Of a DNA stretch of 64,000 nt, positions 9,652-20,174 are shown piece after piece. The position numbers and the translations under genes are program-made. Where the stretch lies: assembly GCA_015065005.1 (NCBI GenBank), contig SVRE01000003.1:4164-68163 (forward strand), given 5' to 3'. The DNA comes from Oscillospiraceae bacterium (GTDB lineage Bacteria > Bacillota > Clostridia > Oscillospirales > CAG-272). The notes beneath the pieces were generated by a model that saw nothing but the letters and a program-made list of their open reading frames with translations, was not told the DNA's origin and searched no databases. Position 1 is the first letter of the stretch. Each line of letters starts with the position of its first letter.

Positions 9652-10263
9652 TTATAAATTTTCCCAGTCTATTTCTTCATTTTTAAAGAAATATTTTTTG
9701 TCCTTTTCACCAACGGGGCGCATAACACGGCATGGGTTGCCAACCGCCACTACATTTGCAGGGATGTCCTTTGTTACAATGCTTCCTGCGCCAATTACGG
9801 TATTGTCACCGATGCTAACTCCTGGCATAACTATAACTCCCGCACCAAGCCAGCAGTTCTTTCCGATATGCACAGGCTTGTTGTATTGGGTAGCCTTTGC
9901 TCGTAGCTCGGGGTCAATGGGGTGTCCTGCCGTTGCAATAACAACATTCGGGCCAAGCATTGTGTAATCCCCTATGTATATGTCCGCATCGTCCACCAAG
10001 GTCAAATTAAAGTTTGCATATACCATTTTGCCAAGGTGCGTGTTTTTACCGCCCCAATTGGAATGTAAGGGCGGCTCAATATATGTGCCCTCACCGATTT
10101 CGGCAAACATTTCCTTTAACAGCATTTCACGCTTTTTGCTTTCAAGCGGACGCGTAGCATTGTAATCGTATTGCTTTTCCAGGCAAAGTGCCTGGTCGCT
10201 AAGGATCGATTCATCGTTGCAATAGTAAACCAAGCCCTTTTCCATTCTTTCCTTTTGTGTCAT
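9652..10263 (-). CDS. maa: Maltose/galactoside O-acetyltransferase (hexapeptide-repeat family)
   Basis: Left-handed beta-helix hexapeptide repeats (IGDNTVIGAGSIV) and a Mac-type N-terminal region. About 203 aa. Confidence 0.8.
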   Translation of the reverse strand: MTQKERMEKGLVYYCNDESILSDQALCLEKQYDYNATRPLESKKREMLLKEMFAEIGEGTYIEPPLHSNWGGKNTHLGKMVYANFNLTLVDDADIYIGDYTMLGPNVVIATAGHPIDPELRAKATQYNKPVHIGKNCWLGAGVIVMPGVSIGDNTVIGAGSIVTKDIPANVVAVGNPCRVMRPVGEKDKKYFFKNEEIDWENL

Positions 10264-10327
10264 AATCCACCTCGAAACATTTGTTAAAGTAATTATATAT
10301 TAATTTTAGAAATATTTCAAGTAATAC

Positions 10328-10356
10328 TTGCACATTATTAAAAACTGTGATAAAAT
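10328..10356 (+). promoter_or_regulatory. Sigma-A-type promoter upstream of lepA
   Basis: TTGCAC, 17 nt spacer, then TGaTAAAAT (extended -10). Confidence 0.5.
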
Positions 10357-10400
10357 AACTGTGATTTTTATAGCCTTTTAAATTGGGAAAGGAAGAATAA

Positions 10401-12218
10401 ATGAACGAAAAACAGAAAAATATAAGAAACTTTTCTATAATAGCTCATATTGACCACGGTAAATCAACATTGGCTGACAGAATACTTGAGTATTCAAATG
10501 CTGTTACCAAAAGGGAAATGGAGGAGCAGCTTCTTGATAATATGGACCTTGAAAGGGAAAGAGGAATTACTATCAAGGCACGTGCTGTCCGTATCGACTA
10601 TAAGCATAAGGACGGGCAGGAGTATGTTCTTAATTTGATTGATACCCCCGGCCACGTTGACTTTAACTACGAGGTTTCCCGTTCTCTTAACGCCTGTGAG
10701 GGTGCGCTGTTGGTTGTTGACTCCACCCAGGGTATTGAGGCGCAAACTCTTGCAAACGCATATTTGGCAGTGGATTGTGACCTTGAAATTGTGCCTGTTA
10801 TTAATAAAATTGACTTGCCCTCTGCCGATGTTGACAGGGTAAGGGGAGAAATCGAGGACGTTATCGGCATCATTGCTGAGGATTGTCCTGCAGTTTCCGC
10901 AAAGGTAGGTCTTAATATTGACCAGGTGCTTGATGCCATAGTTGAAAAAATACCTGCACCGAAGGGGGATACAGATAAGCCACTTAAGTGCTTGATTTTT
11001 GACTCTCACTACAATTCATATTTAGGCGTAGTAGTGTATGTGCGTGTAATTGACGGTGTTTTGAAGGCAGGCGACAAGATTAAGCTTATGAACACAGGCG
11101 CACAGTATGATGTGGTTGAGGTGGGCTACCTCAATGCCTTTGGCTTGCAAAAGAGTGAGCAGCTTAGCGCAGGTGAGGTTGGATATATTACCGCCAGCAT
11201 TAAAACCGTTAGCGAAACAAGGGTGGGTGACACTGTTACAACCGCAGAAAACGGAGCAGAGGAGCCGCTTCAAGGCTTCAAAGAAGCGCTTCCAATGGTA
11301 TTTTCGGGTATCTACCCCGCAGACGGTGCAAGATACAATGACCTTCGTGATGCCCTTGAAAAGCTTAAGCTGAATGATGCGGCATTGTCCTTCGAGGCTG
11401 AAACGTCAATCGCCCTGGGCTTTGGCTTCCGTTGTGGCTTCCTTGGTCTTTTGCATATGGAGATTATACAGGAGCGCTTGGAGAGAGAGTTTAATTTGGA
11501 CCTTATCACCACAGCCCCCAGCGTTATTTACAAGGTAGAAAAAACAAACGGTGAGGTTATCTTGGTTGATAATCCATCCAATTACCCACCAACAGATACA
11601 ATTAAAACTGCATATGAGCCAACAGTTAAGTCAAGCATTATTACCCCAACCGAGTATGTTGGCGGTATTATGGATTTGTGCCAGGACAGGCGTGGCACTT
11701 TCAAGGATATGAAATATCTTGACTCTTCCCGTGTTGAGCTTCATTACATTATGCCGCTTAATGAAATAGTTTATGACTTTTTTGACGCCTTGAAGAGCAG
11801 AAGTAAGGGATATGCGTCTCTTGATTACGAGTTATCGGGCTATGAGCCAAGTAACCTGGTTAAGCTTGATTTCCTTTTGAACGGTGAAATTGTTGACGCA
11901 CTTACCTTTATCGTACACGCCGATAAAGCATACACAAGGGCAAGAAAGATAGCTGAAAAGCTAAAGGATAACATTTCCCGTCAGCTCTTTGAAATTCCGA
12001 TTCAGGCGGCTATTGGCTCTAAGGTTATTGCAAGAGAAACCGTTCGCGCTCTTCGTAAGGACGTGCTTGCAAAATGCTACGGCGGTGATATCACAAGAAA
12101 GAAGAAGCTGCTTGAAAAGCAAAAAGAGGGTAAAAAGAAGATGCGCCGCTTAGGCTCTGTTGAGGTTACTCCGGAAGCGTTTATGGCAGTTCTTAAGCTG
12201 GACGACAGCGAGAAATGA
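10401..12218 (+). CDS. lepA: Elongation factor 4
   Basis: [21 protein letters not shown]-domain, DTPGHVDF, and the conserved LepA C-terminal domain. 605 aa. Confidence 0.97.
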   Translation: MNEKQKNIRNFSIIAHIDHGKSTLADRILEYSNAVTKREMEEQLLDNMDLERERGITIKARAVRIDYKHKDGQEYVLNLIDTPGHVDFNYEVSRSLNACEGALLVVDSTQGIEAQTLANAYLAVDCDLEIVPVINKIDLPSADVDRVRGEIEDVIGIIAEDCPAVSAKVGLNIDQVLDAIVEKIPAPKGDTDKPLKCLIFDSHYNSYLGVVVYVRVIDGVLKAGDKIKLMNTGAQYDVVEVGYLNAFGLQKSEQLSAGEVGYITASIKTVSETRVGDTVTTAENGAEEPLQGFKEALPMVFSGIYPADGARYNDLRDALEKLKLNDAALSFEAETSIALGFGFRCGFLGLLHMEIIQERLEREFNLDLITTAPSVIYKVEKTNGEVILVDNPSNYPPTDTIKTAYEPTVKSSIITPTEYVGGIMDLCQDRRGTFKDMKYLDSSRVELHYIMPLNEIVYDFFDALKSRSKGYASLDYELSGYEPSNLVKLDFLLNGEIVDALTFIVHADKAYTRARKIAEKLKDNISRQLFEIPIQAAIGSKVIARETVRALRKDVLAKCYGGDITRKKKLLEKQKEGKKKMRRLGSVEVTPEAFMAVLKLDDSEK

Positions 12219-13354
12219 AAAAATTAGGCTTATATATTCATATTCCTTTTTGCATAAAGAAGTGTGCTTATTGTGATTTCTATTCCCTTTGTCATACAAA
12301 AGCAAAGGAAGAAAAATATATAAACGCACTTTGTAAGCATATAGAAAGAGAAGCGCCACAATATAAAGATTGTGAATTTGATACAGTATTTTTTGGCGGC
12401 GGAACGCCAAGTGTGTTAAGTGTCAGCTCCTTTAATGCTCTTGTAAATACCATCAAAAAGCACTTAAATCTCACACAGGGTGGGGAATTTACCGTTGAAG
12501 CTAATCCGGGTACATTAACAAGAGATAAGCTTATGGCATATAAAAATGCCGGTGTTAACCGCCTTAGCATTGGGCTGCAAAGCACAAATGACAGTGAGCT
12601 TACGGTTCTTGGCAGAATACACACTCTTAGTACCTTTGAGGAAAGCTATTATCTTGCAAGAGAGTGCGGATTTGATAATATCAGCATTGACGTTATGTAT
12701 GGCTTGCCAAATCAAACTCTGGACAATTTTTCAAAAACGCTGGACCACGTGTGCGATTTTGCGCCTGAACACATATCGGCATATTGCTTGAAAATTGAAG
12801 ATAATACTCCCTTTGGCAAAATCAAGGACACTCTTATACTGCCAAGTGATGAGGAAGAATACCAAATGTATATCTTTCTTTGCAAGGAGCTTGAAAAAAG
12901 AGGATACAAGCAGTATGAAATCAGTAATTTTGCAAAAGACAATCGCCGTTCAAATCACAATTTAAAATATTGGTTAAGTCGGGAATATATTTCCTTTGGT
13001 CCCTCTTCGCACTCGTATTATAACGGTGTCAGATATTCATATCCTTGCGATATCGACAGTTATATTGACCAGGCTGAAATCAAAATTCCTGAAAGGGTAA
13101 CAGAGGAGCAAATCGAACCGTGTCTTAAAATGGAGCAAATGGATGAATATGTAATGCTCAAATTAAGATTGGTTGACGGAATTTCGGAAGCCGACTTTAA
13201 AAGCTTGTTTGGTACTGACTTCTTAAACGAGTATCCAAGCATCGAAAAATTTGTAAAAAGCGGACACGTGTCCCATCAAAACGGTATATTTCACTTTACA
13301 CCCGAGGGCTTTTTTGTCAGCAACTATATTTTAACGGAAATACTTCATATCTAA
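12215..13354 (+). CDS. hemW: Radical SAM heme chaperone HemW (HemN-like)
   Basis: CxxxCxxC ([10 protein letters not shown]) radical SAM motif and the classic lepA-hemW synteny with an ATGA overlap. Confidence 0.85.
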   Translation: MKKLGLYIHIPFCIKKCAYCDFYSLCHTKAKEEKYINALCKHIEREAPQYKDCEFDTVFFGGGTPSVLSVSSFNALVNTIKKHLNLTQGGEFTVEANPGTLTRDKLMAYKNAGVNRLSIGLQSTNDSELTVLGRIHTLSTFEESYYLARECGFDNISIDVMYGLPNQTLDNFSKTLDHVCDFAPEHISAYCLKIEDNTPFGKIKDTLILPSDEEEYQMYIFLCKELEKRGYKQYEISNFAKDNRRSNHNLKYWLSREYISFGPSSHSYYNGVRYSYPCDIDSYIDQAEIKIPERVTEEQIEPCLKMEQMDEYVMLKLRLVDGISEADFKSLFGTDFLNEYPSIEKFVKSGHVSHQNGIFHFTPEGFFVSNYILTEILHI

Positions 13355-13392
13355 AGCTTCGATAAAAACATATCGGAGCTTTATTTTATTTA
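13355..13392 (+). terminator. Intrinsic terminator after hemW
   Basis: AGCTTCGATA / TATCGGAGCT stem followed by TTATTTTATTT. Confidence 0.65.
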
Positions 13393-13403
13393 AAATAATA
13401 TTA

Positions 13404-13432
13404 TTGACTATTTAATAATTTTGTGGTAAAAT
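13404..13432 (+). promoter_or_regulatory. Sigma-A-type promoter
   Basis: TTGACT, 17 nt spacer, then TGgTAAAAT. Confidence 0.55.
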
Positions 13433-13459
13433 AATAAAAATTATGAAAGGAGAGGCTAT

Positions 13460-14143
13460 ATGGAAATTAACGAGTTAAAATATAACATTGCACAAAATAT
13501 ATATTATTTGCGCACTGTCAATCATATGACTCAGAGTGAGCTGGGTGAAAAGCTTAATTATTCCGATAAGGCAATCTCCAAATGGGAAAGGGCGGAGGGC
13601 ATGCCTGATGCCTATGTTTTGCACAAAATCAGTGACATGTTCGGTGTCAGTGTTGATTACTTGATCAATGAGCATAATGAGCAGGACACTAAAATAGAAA
13701 CTAAGCCAACCAAGGATATTAAAAGGCTGATAGCAACAATTGTTCTCTGGGGAATTATTGCGGTTGCCATTCTTTTGATGGTTGTTTTGTATTTGGCAAC
13801 AGACAATTTTTATTGGCAAATTATTATTTACTCCTTGCCTGTTACATTCATCGTGCAAATTGTGCTATCCTGTGTCTGGTGGCGTGGCCGCGGCTCCTTT
13901 TTGTTTGCCTCACTTCTGATTTGGGCAATACTTGGTATAGTTTACGTTGCACTGCTAAGATATAATTTTTGGGAAATTTTCTTCATTGGAATACCTGTTC
14001 AAATCATTGTTTTTCTGTGCTACAAGATAAGAATTACAATTACGGTTACACAGAAAAATCCAAAATTTTTCGTTTGGAAGGACTCAGGTGGTAAAAAACC
14101 TTCAAATAATGGCGAAAATGGAGAAAATAAAGGTGAAAAATGA
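13460..14143 (+). CDS. XRE-family HTH regulator fused to a multi-TM membrane domain
   Basis: N-terminal HTH_3 (MTQSELGEKLNYSDKAISKWERAEGMPD) followed by about 4 TM segments. RBS AAAGGAGAGG. Confidence 0.75.
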   Translation: MEINELKYNIAQNIYYLRTVNHMTQSELGEKLNYSDKAISKWERAEGMPDAYVLHKISDMFGVSVDYLINEHNEQDTKIETKPTKDIKRLIATIVLWGIIAVAILLMVVLYLATDNFYWQIIIYSLPVTFIVQIVLSCVWWRGRGSFLFASLLIWAILGIVYVALLRYNFWEIFFIGIPVQIIVFLCYKIRITITVTQKNPKFFVWKDSGGKKPSNNGENGENKGEK

Positions 14144-14202
14144 AAACGGCACCCTGTGTCTGTTTTTCATAGGCGCTCACCTTTCAAAATAGCTAAAATT
14201 AA

Positions 14203-14232
14203 GCACTCTACTGTCCGTAGAGTGCCTTTTTT
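14203..14232 (+). terminator. Intrinsic terminator
   Basis: GCACTCTAC / GTAGAGTGC stem plus T6. Confidence 0.75.
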
Positions 14233-14360
14233 ATATTAATAGAATTATTTTTTAATTAAGTAGGTAGACTTTTTATGTAAAAATTGGTACAATTTACACA
14301 GCTCGGGTAAATAGTGTAAGAAAACTTGCTTGCCCGAAAAACAAAGTGAGGTATTTAATT

Positions 14361-15248
14361 ATGTCAGATTACATTTTGGCTACTTGCTCTACAGCAGATA
14401 TAAGTGCAGAGCATCTTAAAGCAAGAAATATTGATTATGTTAAATTTTCCTTCTACCTTGACGGAAAGGAATGTGCAGATGACTTGGGACAGACCATCAG
14501 CTTTAGTGATTTTTATCAAATGATGCGTGACGGCGTTGATACGAAAACCTCTCAACCAAATGCACAGCAGTTTAAGGACTTTATCGTTCCGTATTTCAAG
14601 GAAGGCAAGGACGTTATTATTCTTAATTTGTCTTCGGGTCTTTCAGGCGCACAGACCTCTGCTAATATTGCAATGGCAGAGCTTAAGGAAGAATATCCTG
14701 ACAGAAAGGCTTATGTTATTGACTCTCTTGGTGCATCCTCGGGTATGGGCCTTTTGGTTGACAAAATGGCAGACCTTCGTGACGCGGGTATGTCTATTGA
14801 TGACTTGTATAAGTGGACTGAGGAAAATAAGCTGAAGGTACACCATTGGTTCTTCTCAACGGACTTAACCTTTTACGTTAAGGGCGGCAGGGTTTCCAAG
14901 GCTGCAGGCTGGTTTGGTACTGTTTTGAAAATTTGTCCTCTTCTTAATATGGATTTACTGGGTCATTTAGTACCAAGGGAAAAGATCAGAGGCAAAGCAA
15001 ACGTAATTAAACAAATAGTTAAGAAGATGGAACAATTTGCTGACTGCGGTCTTGACTATGACGGAAAATGCTATATGTGTCATTCTGATTGCTATGAGGA
15101 TGCAAGGGCGGTTGCTGATATAATTGAGGCTAAATTTCCCAAGCTTAACGGTAAGGTGCTTATAAATAGCATCGGGACAACAATCGGCTCTCATACAGGA
15201 CCTGGCACAGTTGCTGTGTTCTTCTTTGGTAAAGAAAGAAATGATTAA
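14361..15248 (+). CDS. DegV-family fatty-acid-binding protein
   Basis: DegV-like translation (ILATCSTADIS... GPGTVAVFF). The start is moved to ATG 14361, 6 nt downstream of the GTGAGG RBS. Confidence 0.85.
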   Translation: MSDYILATCSTADISAEHLKARNIDYVKFSFYLDGKECADDLGQTISFSDFYQMMRDGVDTKTSQPNAQQFKDFIVPYFKEGKDVIILNLSSGLSGAQTSANIAMAELKEEYPDRKAYVIDSLGASSGMGLLVDKMADLRDAGMSIDDLYKWTEENKLKVHHWFFSTDLTFYVKGGRVSKAAGWFGTVLKICPLLNMDLLGHLVPREKIRGKANVIKQIVKKMEQFADCGLDYDGKCYMCHSDCYEDARAVADIIEAKFPKLNGKVLINSIGTTIGSHTGPGTVAVFFFGKERND

Positions 15249-16915
15249 TGGAGAATGTGATGTCAGAAAATATCAAACACGATAAAATTAACGGTGAGGA
15301 TTACAAAAATCTGATTATAAGTGCAGCTCAAAGCTTGGAGGACAGTAAAGAGGAAATCAACGATTTAAACGTATTTCCCGTGCCGGACGGTGATACAGGC
15401 TCCAACATGTCAATGACAGTAGGAAATGCTGCTAAGGAACTGTTAAAAAACGATAATTTAACTCTTGACCAAACAGCTGAAAAGACTGCAAAGGCTATGC
15501 TGCACGGTGCAAGGGGTAACTCAGGCGTAATTGTCAGCTTGCTTTTCCGCGGAATTGCAAAGGGACTTAAAAATTCCTTTGAGTGTGACGGAATTGCATG
15601 GGCTGAGGCGCTTAAGCAGGGGGTTGAAGCCGCGTATGGCGCAGTTGACCGTCCGGCAGAGGGTACAATTTTAACAGTTGCAAGAAAGTGTGCAGAAGCA
15701 GCGGAGCAGGCAGCAAAGCGTCAAAATGATTTTGAGTACGTTTTGGGTGTAGCTATTGAAGCTGCTGAAAAGGCGCTTGATGAAACGATAAATCAAAACC
15801 CCGTGCTTGAAAAGGCAGGCGTTGTTGACGCGGGCGGTATGGGCTGGCTTGTGGTTATGAAGGCTATGCACCAAACCTTGAAAACAGGCAAGGTTGCAAC
15901 CTATGAACCAAAGGTGAGCAATGAAGAGCCAAGAGAAAGGGCAGATTTCTCCGCCTTTGAAACAGAGGAAATTACCTTTGGCTTCTGTACTGAGTTTATA
16001 GTCAGAAAGCACGATGGTGACAGCGATACCCAAGGCTTTAAAAAATACCTTAACGGTATGGGAGATAGCCTTGTTATGCTTGATGACGGTGAAATCATTA
16101 AGGTTCACGTTCACACAAACGAACCGCATGCGGTTTTAGGTGAAGCACTTAAATACGGTGTTTATGAAACCGTTAAGGTTGAAAATATGCGTACTCAGCA
16201 CACGAATAAGCTGGTTGAGGAGGCTATGTCTGCACCCGGTGCAAAAAGTGAAAAGGAATATGGCTTTGTAAGTGTTGCAAGCGGTAGCGGAATAGAAGAA
16301 ATGTTTAAGGAGCTTGGCGTTGATATAGTTGTGGCAGGTGGCCAAACTATGAACCCGTCCTGCGAGGATATTTATAATGCTGTTTGTCAAATCAACGCAA
16401 AAAACATATTTATCTTGCCAAACAACAAGAACATAATAATGACCTCTAACCAGGTGTCTGAAATGTCAGACAAAAACATAAAGGTTATTCCTACAAGGTC
16501 AGTGCCACAGGGCTTTTCTGCATTGCTGGGCTTTGATTTAGAGGCTGATGTGGATGCGAATTTTGAAAGTATGTCCGAAATGGCAAAGACGGTAGATACA
16601 ATGCAGGTTACTTATGCTGCAAGAAACTCCAATTTTGACGGCCTTGAAATCAAGGAGGGCGATTATCTCTCCCTCTACAATGACAAGCTTTTGAAAAACG
16701 ACAGTAGCCTTGATAATATCATTAATGCTTTGGCAGATAAAATCAATGAAAGCGAAAAGAGCTTTGTAAGTGTATATTACGGTGAGGATGTTTCCAAAGA
16801 GGAAGCGGAAGATACTCTTTTCAAGCTTGAAAAATCAATTGATAATCCAAGCGTAGAGCTTGCTTTATACCAAGGCAATCAGCCTGTATATTACTATATC
16901 ATTTCAGCGGAATAA
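15248..16915 (+). CDS. yloV: DAK2-domain fusion protein YloV
   Basis: N-terminal DhaL/Dak2 motif (DGDTGSNM) plus a YloV C-terminal domain. TAATG overlap with degV. Confidence 0.85.
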   Translation: MENVMSENIKHDKINGEDYKNLIISAAQSLEDSKEEINDLNVFPVPDGDTGSNMSMTVGNAAKELLKNDNLTLDQTAEKTAKAMLHGARGNSGVIVSLLFRGIAKGLKNSFECDGIAWAEALKQGVEAAYGAVDRPAEGTILTVARKCAEAAEQAAKRQNDFEYVLGVAIEAAEKALDETINQNPVLEKAGVVDAGGMGWLVVMKAMHQTLKTGKVATYEPKVSNEEPRERADFSAFETEEITFGFCTEFIVRKHDGDSDTQGFKKYLNGMGDSLVMLDDGEIIKVHVHTNEPHAVLGEALKYGVYETVKVENMRTQHTNKLVEEAMSAPGAKSEKEYGFVSVASGSGIEEMFKELGVDIVVAGGQTMNPSCEDIYNAVCQINAKNIFILPNNKNIIMTSNQVSEMSDKNIKVIPTRSVPQGFSALLGFDLEADVDANFESMSEMAKTVDTMQVTYAARNSNFDGLEIKEGDYLSLYNDKLLKNDSSLDNIINALADKINESEKSFVSVYYGEDVSKEEAEDTLFKLEKSIDNPSVELALYQGNQPVYYYIISAE

Positions 16916-16920
16916 AAATA

Positions 16921-16952
16921 AGCCTGTTGCAAACGCAACAGGCTGTTTTTTT
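16921..16952 (+). terminator. Intrinsic terminator after yloV
   Basis: AGCCTGTTGC / GCAACAGGCT stem plus T7. Confidence 0.8.
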
Positions 16953-16956
16953 GCCA

Positions 16957-16985
16957 AAATGGGCGAACTATGTTCGCCCATTTTA
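16957..16985 (-). terminator. Intrinsic terminator after pyk
   Basis: GGGCGAAC / GTTCGCCC stem flanked by A/T runs. Confidence 0.6.
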
Positions 16986-16988
16986 AAT

Positions 16989-18401
16989 TTATATAGTTTC
17001 CAGCTTAATCAAATTTGTGTTTCCACTTTCACCGTTAATAATGCCGCCTGTGATAACAAGCTGGTCACCCTTTTTCAGCTTGAAGGTTTCCTTTGCCGCC
17101 TTTGTTGCCATATAGAAAAGAACGTCAATGGAATTAACCTTTTCAGTCATAACAGGTGTAACACCCCAGGAAAGAGCGAGCTTACGCCAGGTCTTTTCAT
17201 TAGTTGTCATACCAATAATATCAATCGGAGCTCTGAAACGTGATACCATTCGCGCCGTGCTTCCCGAAATTGAGCAAACAACAATTCCCTTGGCCTTAAT
17301 ATCAATTGCCATACAAGCAGTAGAGTGTGAAATGGCGTCAACGGAATTTTTTATTGTAAAGCCCGAGGTAGAAAAGCTCTTAGAGTAGTCAATACAGCTT
17401 TCTGTCTTTTCAGCAATTTTAGACATTGTCTTAACAGTTAAAGCAGGATATTTACCGACAGCAGTTTCACCCGAAAGCATAATAGCGCTTGTCCCGTCAT
17501 AAACCGCATTGGCAACGTCAGAAATCTCGGCGCGTGTTGGGCGTGGGTTATGTATCATTGATTCCAGCATCTCAGTAGCGGTAATAACTCGCTTACCAAG
17601 CATTCTGCACTTGGTGATAAGATACTTTTGTGTAGAGGGTACCTCTTCAAATGGAATTTCCACTCCCAAGTCACCTCTTGCAACCATAATACCGTCACAT
17701 TCCTTGCAAATTTCCTCAATGTTGTCAACACCGCTACGGTTTTCTATCTTGGCAATAATGTCCAGTTGCTCGCCACCGTTAGCCTTTAAAAACTCCTTAA
17801 CATCAATTAAATCCTGTCTTTTTGAAACAAAGGAGCAAGCAATAAAATCAACATCATTTTCAATTCCGAAAAGCAAATCGCTTTTGTCCTGTTCGCTTAA
17901 ATATTCTTGATTTAAAACCTTGTTGGGGAAGCTCATGCTCTTGGAGTTGGATAGCTCACCGCCAACCAAAACCTTGCATATAGCGTCTGTGTCGGTAAGC
18001 TCCTTCACCTCAAATATAACAAGACCGTTGTTTACGGAAATTCTATCACCCACATTTAAATCCTTAATCATACCCTTGTAGGTAACGCTAACAATGGTGC
18101 TGTCCCCTTCTACCTCGTTTGTTGTAAAGGTAAAGGTATCACCGTCATTTAAAAGCACCTTGCCATCCTTAAAGGATTTGATTCTGTATTCGGGACCCTT
18201 AGTGTCAAGCATAATAGCGATAGGCATGTTAAGCTTTTCGCGCACATCCTTAATCAAGTTGATTTTTTCAAGGTGCTGCTCGTGCGTTCCGTGTGAAAAG
18301 TTAAGCCTTGCAACATTCATTCCGGCCAAGCAAAGCTCGGTCATTGTTTTTTCTGTACTGCACGCCGGACCAATAGTACAAACAATTTTGGTTTTTCTCA
18401 T
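16989..18401 (-). CDS. pyk: Pyruvate kinase
   Basis: MRKTKIVCTIGPA N-terminus, MVARGDLGVEIP motif, 470 aa. Confidence 0.95.
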   Translation of the reverse strand: MRKTKIVCTIGPACSTEKTMTELCLAGMNVARLNFSHGTHEQHLEKINLIKDVREKLNMPIAIMLDTKGPEYRIKSFKDGKVLLNDGDTFTFTTNEVEGDSTIVSVTYKGMIKDLNVGDRISVNNGLVIFEVKELTDTDAICKVLVGGELSNSKSMSFPNKVLNQEYLSEQDKSDLLFGIENDVDFIACSFVSKRQDLIDVKEFLKANGGEQLDIIAKIENRSGVDNIEEICKECDGIMVARGDLGVEIPFEEVPSTQKYLITKCRMLGKRVITATEMLESMIHNPRPTRAEISDVANAVYDGTSAIMLSGETAVGKYPALTVKTMSKIAEKTESCIDYSKSFSTSGFTIKNSVDAISHSTACMAIDIKAKGIVVCSISGSTARMVSRFRAPIDIIGMTTNEKTWRKLALSWGVTPVMTEKVNSIDVLFYMATKAAKETFKLKKGDQLVITGGIINGESGNTNLIKLETI

Positions 18402-18404
18402 AGA

Positions 18405-20174
18405 TTAGTGTTCCTCGTTATTTTCAAATTGCGAATTGTAAAGATTATAGTAGAAGCCCCTTTTCAAAAGCAGCTCCTGGTGGTTACCCTGTTCAACAAT
18501 ATTACCGTTGTTCATAACAAGAATAATATCTGCCTCTTTAATCGTGGAAAGCCTGTGGGCAACGATAAATGATGTTCTCCCCTTCATAAGTAATGCAAAG
18601 GCGTTTTGTATTTTAAGCTCAGTTCTTGTATCAATTGAGGAGGTAGCCTCATCAAGAATAAGCATAGGCGGTGGGGACAGCATAATTCTCGAAATACACA
18701 AAAGCTGCTTTTGTCCTTGTGAAAGACCGCCAAGCTCCTCGGAAATTACAGTATCATATCCCTGGGGGAGCCTTTTTATAAAGCTGTGCGCGTGGGCAGC
18801 CTTAGCAGCTTTTATAATTTCCTCGTCTGTTGCATCGGGCTTGCCCAGAGCGATGTTTTCCTTAACAGTGCCTCCCATCAGCCAGGTGTCCTGCAGGACC
18901 ATACCGTAGTTTTTACGCAAGGAATGTCTTGTGATATTGCGTATATCCTCACCGTCAACGGAAATAGCACCGCTATTTACATCATAAAACCTCATTAACA
19001 GGTTGATAAGGGTTGTTTTGCCACATCCCGTAGGGCCAACAATTGCAATCCTTTGTCCCTTTTCTACCGCAAGATTAAGGTTTTTGATAAGCTCCTTTTC
19101 GGGAGTGTAAGAAAATTCTACATTTGATAGTGTAACCTCACCCTGTGCATTTGTAAGCACAAGGGCATTTTCATCGTCAGGCAGCTCTGTTTCCTCATCA
19201 ATCAGTTGGAAAACACGGGTAGCACAGGCAAGGGAGTTCTGCAGCTCCGTTACCACACCGGAAATTTCGTTAAATGGCTTTGCATATTGGTTAGCATAGC
19301 TCAAAAAGCAGGATAACGCGCCAATTGAAATTGCCGTGCCGAAATTACCCATAACCACCATAGCGCCAACAAGAGCAACACCCGCATAAACAAGGGCGTT
19401 TACAAATCTTGTTGTTGGGTTAACAAGTGAGGAAAAGAAGATAGCCTTAACGGACGCCTTCTTTAATTGCTCGTTTGATTTGTCAAATTCTTCTAAAGAT
19501 TCATCCTCGTGGGAAAATGCCTTAACCACCTTTAAATTGCCAAGATTTTCTCCGATAATGGCGGTTTGCTTGGCTCTTGCCTCACTTTGAACCTTGAAAA
19601 GAGAATATGTGCGCTTTGAAATAAAGCTTGCAACAATCAGTGAAAGAGGGGTAAGTGCCACCACAACAACGGTAATAACAGGGCTAAGGGTAAGCATAAA
19701 CACAAGGGTGCCCACAATAGTAGAAACACCTGTAAAGAACTGGGTAAAGCCCATCAAAAGTCCTTCAGCCAGCTGGTCAACGTCAGAGATCATTCGGCTG
19801 ACAATTTCACCGTATGCGTGGGAGTCAATGTACTTAAGCGGAAGCTTTTCGAGCTTGTCAAACGCTTCATTACGCACATCACGGGTGATTGAGAAGGTGA
19901 TTTTGTTGTTGATAGTGTTCATTATCCACTGTAACAGTGCGATAATAACAGAAATAATTCCTACATTAAGAAGCAATGTTAGAATTTTATCAAGCGCAAC
20001 CTGCTCCTTGCCCACAATTAGGTCTATGGCATCACCTATTACAATAGGAATGTAAAGGGTCAAGCCAACAGTAACTAAGGACAGTAAAATAGAAATTACA
20101 AGTAAAAACGAGTACCTTTTAATGTATCTGAGTATTCGTTTTACGGAGGAAAACTGAATGGAATTCTTTTTCAT
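18405..20174 (-). CDS. ABC exporter, fused permease/ATPase (second pair, partner 2)
   Basis: Walker A GPTGCGKT, signature SQGQKQ, Walker B ILDEATS. Confidence 0.85.
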   Translation of the reverse strand: MKKNSIQFSSVKRILRYIKRYSFLLVISILLSLVTVGLTLYIPIVIGDAIDLIVGKEQVALDKILTLLLNVGIISVIIALLQWIMNTINNKITFSITRDVRNEAFDKLEKLPLKYIDSHAYGEIVSRMISDVDQLAEGLLMGFTQFFTGVSTIVGTLVFMLTLSPVITVVVVALTPLSLIVASFISKRTYSLFKVQSEARAKQTAIIGENLGNLKVVKAFSHEDESLEEFDKSNEQLKKASVKAIFFSSLVNPTTRFVNALVYAGVALVGAMVVMGNFGTAISIGALSCFLSYANQYAKPFNEISGVVTELQNSLACATRVFQLIDEETELPDDENALVLTNAQGEVTLSNVEFSYTPEKELIKNLNLAVEKGQRIAIVGPTGCGKTTLINLLMRFYDVNSGAISVDGEDIRNITRHSLRKNYGMVLQDTWLMGGTVKENIALGKPDATDEEIIKAAKAAHAHSFIKRLPQGYDTVISEELGGLSQGQKQLLCISRIMLSPPPMLILDEATSSIDTRTELKIQNAFALLMKGRTSFIVAHRLSTIKEADIILVMNNGNIVEQGNHQELLLKRGFYYNLYNSQFENNEEH